NCBI GenBank assembly: GCA_951406725.2
Contig: OX597836.1
Span: 46,810,001 to 46,874,000, forward strand
From: Octopus vulgaris
Taxonomy: Eukaryota
Length of the DNA: 64,000 bases
Reading direction: 5' to 3'
The position numbers and the translations under genes are program-made. Below are positions 56,576 to 64,000 of this stretch, piece after piece; positions within the stretch are counted from its first letter, which is position 1, and each line of letters begins with the position of its first letter. The notes under the pieces were generated by a model, which saw nothing but the letters and a program-made list of their open reading frames with translations, ran no database searches and was not told where the DNA came from.

Positions 56576-58734
56576 GATGGGCTTCTTTCAGTTTCCATCT
56601 ACCAAATCCACTCACAAGGCTTTGGTCGGCCCGAGGCTATAGTAGAAGACACTTGCCCAAGATGCCTCACAGTGGGACTGAACCTGGTACTATGTGGTTG
56701 GGAAGCAAACCTCTTACCACACAGCCACACCTGCGCCTATAATATAATATCTAATTATCAAAATATAATAAGATTTTTTATAATTGATTCCATCCAAGTA
56801 AAATAGTAATTAAAGCGAGTCATAGGTAAAAAATGATTAGGGTCCATATGGCCATTGGGGCAAAGGTAAGGACAAAAGTATCTTCTTGAGTCTTACCAAC
56901 TCATAAGGGCTGGTTTTCCAGTTTCAAGGTGTATATATTTTCCACCTGAATAGGACACTGATCCGTCACAGGGTTACTTATTTTTGTCAGATGAGTGGAC
57001 TGGAGCAACATGAAACGAAGTTTCTTTGCTCCAGAACACAACACATCATCCAGTCCAGGAACTGAAACCACACTCTTACAATCATGAGTCCAACACCCTA
57101 ACCACTAAGCCACATAGCTCCATTATGGCCCATGGAGGTCCATGTAAGATTCTGTTGTTAAAACTTATGTGGAATAAATTAGATGCAGGAGTGGTTGTGT
57201 GGTAAGTTGCTTGCTTACCAACCACATCATACCCTTGTGCTGACCAAAGCCTTGTGAGTGGATTTGGTACACAGAAAGTGAAAGAAGCCCGTTGTATATA
57301 TATATGTATTTGTGCATGTGTGTGTGTATGCGTGTGTTTGTGTTTGTGTGTGTGTGTGTGTTTGTCCTCCCACCATTGCTTGACAACCAATGCTGGTGTG
57401 TTTATGTCCCCGTTACTTAGTAGTTCGGCAAAAAAAAAAATGATAGAATAAGTACTATTCTTACAAAAAATAAGTCCTTGGGTTGATTTGTTTGACTAAA
57501 GGTGGTGCTCCAGCATGGCCAGTCAAATGACTGAAACAAATAAAAGAATAAAAGAGTATAGATCTACAATTCACAATTAACAATTTTTTTCAAAAATTAA
57601 CAATTTTTAACAATTAACAATTTTTATTCAATTCCTAATAATATTTCATTCTTTTATTCTTTTACATGTTTCAGTCATTTGACTTCGGTCATGCTGGAGC
57701 ACTACCTTAAAGGGTTTTAGTTGAAGAAGTCTACCCCAGGACTTATTCTATTGGTCTTGTTTGATGAACCGCTAAGTTACAGGGACATAAACATACCAAC
57801 ACCAGTTGTCAAGCAATGATGTGGGGACAAACACAGACGCAAAGACACATAAATATATATACATACATATATACGATGGGCTTCTTTCAGTTTCTGTCTG
57901 CCAGATCCACTCACAAGGCTTTGGCCAACCCAAGGTGCCATGTAGTGGCACTGAACATGGAACAATGCTGTTGGGAAGCGAAGCTTCTTAACCACACAAT
58001 CACATCTGATTGAATGGCTAGGAGGGTCCATCTAAATAAAGTAGGAACGAAACGGGTCCATAGGTAAGAAAATGTTTAGTCGAATGAATGAACCCTAAAC
58101 AATTTTTTTTTTTAAGCCAAGTACTTATTCAAACAGTCTCTTTTGCCAAACTGCTAAGTTATGGGGATGTAAACACACCAACACCAGTTGTCAAGCAGTG
58201 GTGGTGGGGGACAAACACAGACACAAAGACACACACATGCATATGGTCGACTTACAGGAAGCAGTATATACTGTAATAGAAAGAGAGAGCGAAAGAGATT
58301 TGCTGCAGAGAGGGAGATGCCTGTCAAGTGAATGTATGTGTGTGTGTGTGTATGGATACTCTCTTACTTGTTTCAGTCATTTGACCGCAGCCATGCTGGA
58401 GCACTGCCTTTTAATCGAGCAACTCGACCCCGGGACTAATTCTTTTTGTAAGCCCAGTACTTATTCTATCGGTCTCTTTTGCCGAACCGCTAAGTTACGG
58501 GGACACAAACACACCAGCATCGGTTGTCAAGCAATGCTAGGGGGACAAACACAGACACACAAACACACACACACATATATATATATATACATATATGCGA
58601 CGGGCTTCTTTCAGTTTCTGCCTACCAAATCCACTCACAAGGCTTTAGTCGGCCTGAGGCTATAGTAGAAGATACTTGCCACCCGGAACCATGTGGTTGG
58701 TAAACAAGCTACTTACCACACAGCCACTCCTGCA

Positions 58735-58773
<39 letters not shown>

Positions 58774-59431
58774 GGCTTCTTTCAGTTTCTATCTACCAAA
58801 TCTATTCATGAGGCTGTGTGGGATATAGTAGAAGACACTTGCCTAAAGTGCCACACAGTGGGACTGAACCCAGAACTATGTGGTTGGGAGGCAAACTTCT
58901 TGTGACGCAGCCACACCAAAATATTTAAACAATTTTTTAAAAATAAATTCCTAATAATTTTTAATAAAAAAAAATTATGGGATTTTTAAAACATCAAAAA
59001 GCTAGGGTGGGGGTCAATCCAAGTAAAATGGGAATCAAAGGTGGCTGTGTAGTAAGTAGCTTGCTTATTAACCAAATTGTTCCGGGTTCAGTCCCACTAC
59101 ATGGCACCTTGGGCAAGTGTCTTCTGTTATAGCCTCGGGCTGACCAAAGCCTTGTGGGTGGACTTGGTAGACGGAAACTGAAAGAAGCCCATCGTATATA
59201 TATGTATATACATGTGTGTGTGTTTGTGTGTCTGTGTTTGTCCCCCTAGCATTGCTTGACAACCGATGCTGGTGCGTTTATGTCCCCATAACTTAGCAGT
59301 TCAGCAAAAGAGACCGATAGAATAAGTACTAGGCTTACAAAGAATAAGTCCTGGGGTCGATTTCTTCGACTAAAAGTGGTGCTCCAGCATGGCCACAGTC
59401 AAATGACTGATACAAGTAAAAGAGTAAAAGA
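55551..59431. mobile_element. Dense cluster of SINE family A copies (55551-56171 -, 56195-56737 -, 57183-57557 +, 57650-58005 -, 58357-58736 -, 59040-59431 +, plus fragments)
   Basis: Repeated matches to the family A head, body and tail. Confidence 0.85.
55781..55977 (+). mobile_element. Family H1 element nested in the TA tract of a SINE; motif 55824-55861
   Basis: TCTTT CTGTTGA A GAGC-GTAG-GCTC GAA ACGT T AAAGA; SINE sequence continues on both sides. Confidence 0.75.
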
Positions 59432-59946
59432 GACCACTGAACCGTATGCCACCAACTTCACCCCTCCCTCACCCCTCACCACCCCATGCCATTCCACTAC
59501 GTGCTGCCGATATCCTACCACTCCAACATGACTCCACAACACTTGACCGATTCCAGCCACCCCCACTATACACTGCTGAGTATCCAAGATACCACACTAC
59601 ATTGGCGCTAAGATTAGACCCCACACAGTCCCCGATTCTAGACACCATACAATGCCATAATCCTTGACACAATTGCCTAATCTCAGTGTTTGATTACACT
59701 ACAGTTCGCCTACCATGCCAAGCCAACAAAATCCAACCATGGCACAGTCAGCCAACTTGCTAGAAATAAGAACTCAGATTTCATCGTATAATCTTCGAAA
59801 GCGGAAGGACATGCTTGGAGAAATGTAATTTCAGACACATTTTCACAAAAAAAGATGTGATTGATGGGTTATAAGACTGCTGGGTCAAACCTGACCAAAG
59901 GTTAAACATAATTAAGCTTAAAATAATTAGATGTGCCATATATTAC

Positions 59947-60370
59947 GATGTGATGATGATGACGATGATGATGATGATGGTGATAGTGATGACGATGACG
60001 ATGATGATGATGAGGAGGAGGAGGATATTGATGATGATGCTGATGATGATGATTGTCATGATGATGATGATGATGACGATGACGATGATGATGAGGAGGA
60101 GGAGGAGGATATTGCTGATGATGCTGATGATGATGATGATGATGATGACGATGATGATGACGATGACGATGGTGATGATGATGATGATGATGATGATGAT
60201 GGTGGTGATGCTGATGATGATGATGACGATGACGATGATGATGATGATGAGGAGGAGGATATTGATGATGATGATGATGATGATGACTGTGATGGTGATG
60301 ACGACGACGACGACAACCGTGACAATGATGATGATGATGGTGATGATGATGATTATGATGATGATGATGG

Positions 60371-60405
<35 letters not shown>

Positions 60406-60460
60406 CGTGACAATGATGATGATGATGGTGATGATGATGATTATCATGATGATGATGATA
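59947..60460. repeat. Degenerate (GAT)n array with higher-order units
   Basis: Three recurrences of GATGACGATGAC...GAGGAGGAGGATATTG. Confidence 0.9.
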
Positions 60461-60547
60461 AAAGTATCCTCCATCAGTTTCAACAATGAGAGTCTTGATC
60501 ATTATCTAGCAGTTCCATCATGCAAACTTCCAACTCAGCAAGGACAC

Positions 60548-60613
<66 letters not shown>

Positions 60614-60840
60614 GCAGTTTCCATCTGTTATTGATATATTTTTGTGGGTTGTTTTTTTTTTTGCTTTTGCTTTTTATTTTTTTAAACATTATACATCAAC
60701 AAAAGATATCATCTCCAGATGAATACAGCAATTAATTAGGCTTTCCATGATGTATTTGCTTTAAGTATGATACATAAATTATTATTATATGTATGTATAT
60801 AGAAATATATATACATATATACACACACACACACACACAT

Positions 60841-60892
<52 letters not shown>

Positions 60893-60949
60893 ATATATAT
60901 ATATACACACACATATATATATATATCTATTATATATTTGTATGTACAT

Positions 60950-60986
<37 letters not shown>

Positions 60987-61162
60987 TTGTATGTACATAC
61001 AAGTATATGTATATAGTTTCAGGATTGGGTGTGTGGTAAGAAGTTTTCATCCCAACCACATGGTTCAGGGTTCAGTCCCACTGTGTAGCATCTACTATTA
61101 ACCTTGGGCCAACCAAAGCCTTTTCAGTGGATTTGGTAGATGGAAACTAAAAGAAGCTTGTC

Positions 61163-61228
<66 letters not shown>

Positions 61229-61240
61229 ATGTATTCATAT

Positions 61241-61660
61241 ACAAATCAAAATAGATGAACATCAATGGAATTTGTATCTTTGTGGTACCAGTGCCTGTGG
61301 CACACATCCAAACGTGGCCGTAGCCAGTACCGCATCGACTGGCCTCCGTGCTGCGGGCACGTAACAAACACCATCCGATCGTGGCCGTTCGCCAGCCTCA
61401 TCTGGCACCTGTGTCGGTGGCACATAAAAACACCATCCGAGCGTGGCCGTCTGCCAGCCTCGTCTGGCACCTGTGTCAGTGGCACATAAAATCACCCACT
61501 ACACTCTCGGAGTGGTTGGCGTTAGGAAGGGCATCCAGCTGTAGAAACACTGCCAGATCTGACTGGCCTGGTGCAGCCTTCGGGCTCCCCAGACCCCAGT
61601 TGAACTGTCCAACCCATGCTAGCATGGAAAACGGACGCTAAATGAATGATGATGATGAAT
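61241..61660 (+). mobile_element. Family C element
   Basis: Reverse complement of 48031-48530; (GAT)n tail. Confidence 0.85.
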
Positions 61661-61694
61661 GATGATATACCTGTGTGTATGTATGTATGTATAA

Positions 61695-61727
<33 letters not shown>

Positions 61728-62082
61728 TGTACGTATGTATGTACGTATGTATGTATGTATGTATGTACATAATCCAGAGGCACATAAAAAGCATCCATTA
61801 CAATCCTGGCATTCAGAAGGGCATCCAGCCATAGAAACCATCCCAAATCAGGCTGGAACCTGGTATAGCTCTCCAGTTTACCAATTCCGGTCAAACTGTC
61901 CAACCCATGTCAGCATGGAAAGTGGACATTAAATGATAATGATGATATATATATATGCATTTATTGTTGTATTTAGGAATGGCCATTTTGCAAGTTTAGC
62001 TAATAAAAACACATGCACTATATATTTGGTGTTATTTTGCTTCAGTGTTATTTATTTTTTACATTAATCTTAATCTTATTTC

Positions 62083-62127
62083 GGCCAGAGTTCTTTCGTC
62101 ACACTCCTGTGACCTCATCAGTGGTCC
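62083..62127 (-). ncRNA. Minimal type I hammerhead ribozyme motif with canonical core (family H5)
   Basis: Minus strand GGACCA | CTGATGA | G | GTCACA-GGAG-TGTGAC | GAA | AG-AA-CT | C | TGGCC; CUC cleavage triplet. Confidence 0.75.
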
Positions 62128-62367
62128 TTTGCTTTCTTCTTTCTTATTTGTGTGTCTCTCCTTACTAACCGTCAGCCATTTTGTATTTCTATTGTATGTG
62201 TCTTCATTTGCGTATGCGTATAACTCTATGTGTGTCTATGTTTAGTTAGTGTGTGTGTGTGGGGGGGATGCCTGTAATATTTGCATCTTCTGTTTATATA
62301 CGTTCGTGTAGTTTGTTTTTGTTTTTGTTTATTTTTATTTTGTTCATGTGTTTACACCTACTTATTA

Positions 62368-62431
<64 letters not shown>

Positions 62432-62984
62432 GTATGTATGTATGTATGTATGTATAATAATAATAAAAATAATAAAAATATATATATGCATTCATTTATA
62501 GTTATTGGAGCTGACACTGCACATCCAGTTTTCTTGTTGCTATGGCCACGGAAAAATAGTTTTTTTAATTTATGTTTTGTATATTTATGTCTGAACTTTT
62601 CAAATTCCTTTTCTTTAACCCCTAATCCTAATAACAGCTGTCAATCAATCATTATATTTTTGCACACTACTACTACTACCACTAAATGTTTTCAAAGAAT
62701 TTATTATCTCCAATGAAAATTTCTTGTCATTTCTTGACCTTTAGAATTATTTTTGTTTAGCAAGATTGTTTTTTTTTTCCTTCTTTTACTTTATATCTTT
62801 TACTGTTGTCTTCTTTACTTTGCCATTTTTGCTGTTTACGCACAAGGTATGGATAAGTGCATTTTCAATTTGTACGCAACTTTAGATACGATATGAGATA
62901 TCTGAAAAGTTGCATTTCTGTAAGGTCAAACTTCTTTGATAGGAGTGTAGACATAACTCTACACACACACACATAATATATGCA

Positions 62985-63195
62985 TTGGTTTCAAATTTTG
63001 GCACTAGGTCAGCAATATGGGGAAAGGGCTAAGTCAATTATATTGACCCCAGTTCATAATGGTACTTATTTTATCGACCCCCAAAAGGATGAAAGGCAAA
63101 GTCAACCTCATTGGTATTTGAAATGAGAACGCAATGACAGACAAAATTCCACAAAGCATTTTGCCCAATGTGCCAATGATTCAGCCAACTCATTG
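62985..63195 (-). mobile_element. SINE family B
   Basis: Matches family body. Confidence 0.75.
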
Positions 63196-63197
63196 AC

Positions 63198-63242
<45 letters not shown>

Positions 63243-63245
<3 letters not shown>

Positions 63246-63427
63246 AAAGTTTACGAAAAAAAACAAAAGATGAAGACAGGTGGTGTACTAAACAAACAGA
63301 TGTATTAGTATAACGCTCAGGAATAGAAAAAGTCTTTTACGTTTCGAGCCTACACTCTTCCACAGAAAGGTACACAGAAAAAACAAGGAGAGAAAAAGAT
63401 GGGTGTAGTGGCTAACAATCTATCATA
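63243..63427 (-). mobile_element. Family H1 element; motif 63333-63370
   Basis: Reverse complement of 23617-23815; CTTT CTGTGGA A GAGT-GTAG-GCTC GAA ACGT A AAAG. Confidence 0.75.
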
Positions 63428-63641
63428 AATTCGATTAGAGGTTGTGTTAACCTCATGAAGGGATGCTTTCATCCAAGGAAATGTTGGTTCAATACCTAGT
63501 ATTTTGGGGGGAATAAATTTCCTAAAAAATAATAGGTGTATATATATAAAAACATATAGTTTATATTCATATAAAAGAAGAGAAAGAAAATGGAGATTGG
63601 GAAGTTAATAATTGTTCTTAATTAACAGCAAATTAATCATC

Positions 63642-63718
63642 TTCACTTACAGCCGTTTCAATTAATACTCAGTGAATTTTAAGTAAATATAAGTTTATAT
63701 GACCCTCTTCAGAGGGAA
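63642..63718 (-). ncRNA. Type I hammerhead motif, left arm of palindrome (family H6)
   Basis: Minus strand TTCCCT CTGAAGA [long stem II region] GAA AC-GGCT-GT A AGTGAA. Confidence 0.6.
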
Positions 63719-63818
63719 AAAATATACCCTTTAATATTTTTTTGTGTTTATGGATACACTTTCGCAGACCGCTATGATGAATCCATAAAAACATATAAAA
63801 CATGCAAAGGTATATTTT

Positions 63819-63906
63819 ATCCCTCTGAAGATATTATGGTCAGCTCATTTGAAATTAGTATTTACTTAAAATTTACAGAGTATTAATTGAAACAGCTGTA
63901 AGGGAT
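63819..63906 (+). ncRNA. Type I hammerhead motif with canonical core (family H6)
   Basis: ATCCCT | CTGAAGA | 57-nt insert | GAA | ACAGCTGT (palindrome) | A | AGGGAT: perfect 6-bp stem I, GUA triplet; stem II weak. Confidence 0.7.
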
Positions 63907-64000
63907 GATGATAAATTTCCTATTAATAATAATAATTGTTAATTATTAACTTCCCAATCTCCACTTTCTTTTTCTTCTCTTATATATAAATATACACATA

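Noticed and set aside
59931-60486. Poly-Asp, poly-His and poly-Met ORFs
   Set aside because: Most frames of a (GAT)n array are stop-free; no unique coding flanks or splice support.
63447-63492. AACC-TCATGA-A-GGGATG..CATCC..GAAATGT-T-GGTT hammerhead-like fold
   Set aside because: Core is one base short and altered, with extra bases before GAAA; too degenerate to call.

Overview
AT-rich eukaryotic DNA, almost certainly intronic/intergenic. The repeat content resembles an octopus/coleoid cephalopod genome (my recognition of the SINE families, not a database result). Most of the window is microsatellite ((TA)n, (CA)n, (GATA)n, (ATT)n, (GAT)n) plus transposon debris: several tRNA-derived SINE families, RTE, CR1/L2-like and RLE-type LINE fragments, an internally deleted mariner, two DD37D (maT) Tc1/mariner copies, a piggyBac-type MITE, non-autonomous Helitrons and a decayed Penelope-like (RT + GIY-YIG) element. 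Nearly all listed ORFs are microsatellite artefacts; only one credible host exon is visible (minus strand, 42340-42441). The main hidden signal is at least six families of minimal type I hammerhead-ribozyme motifs (about 18 copies, some partial or decayed) in short Penelope-like repeats that often sit in (TA)n tracts or inverted pairs. Across families the catalytic-core 3-8 pair covaries as C-G, G-C and U-A. All folds were done by eye, and repeat boundaries are approximate unless TSDs/TIRs are quoted.
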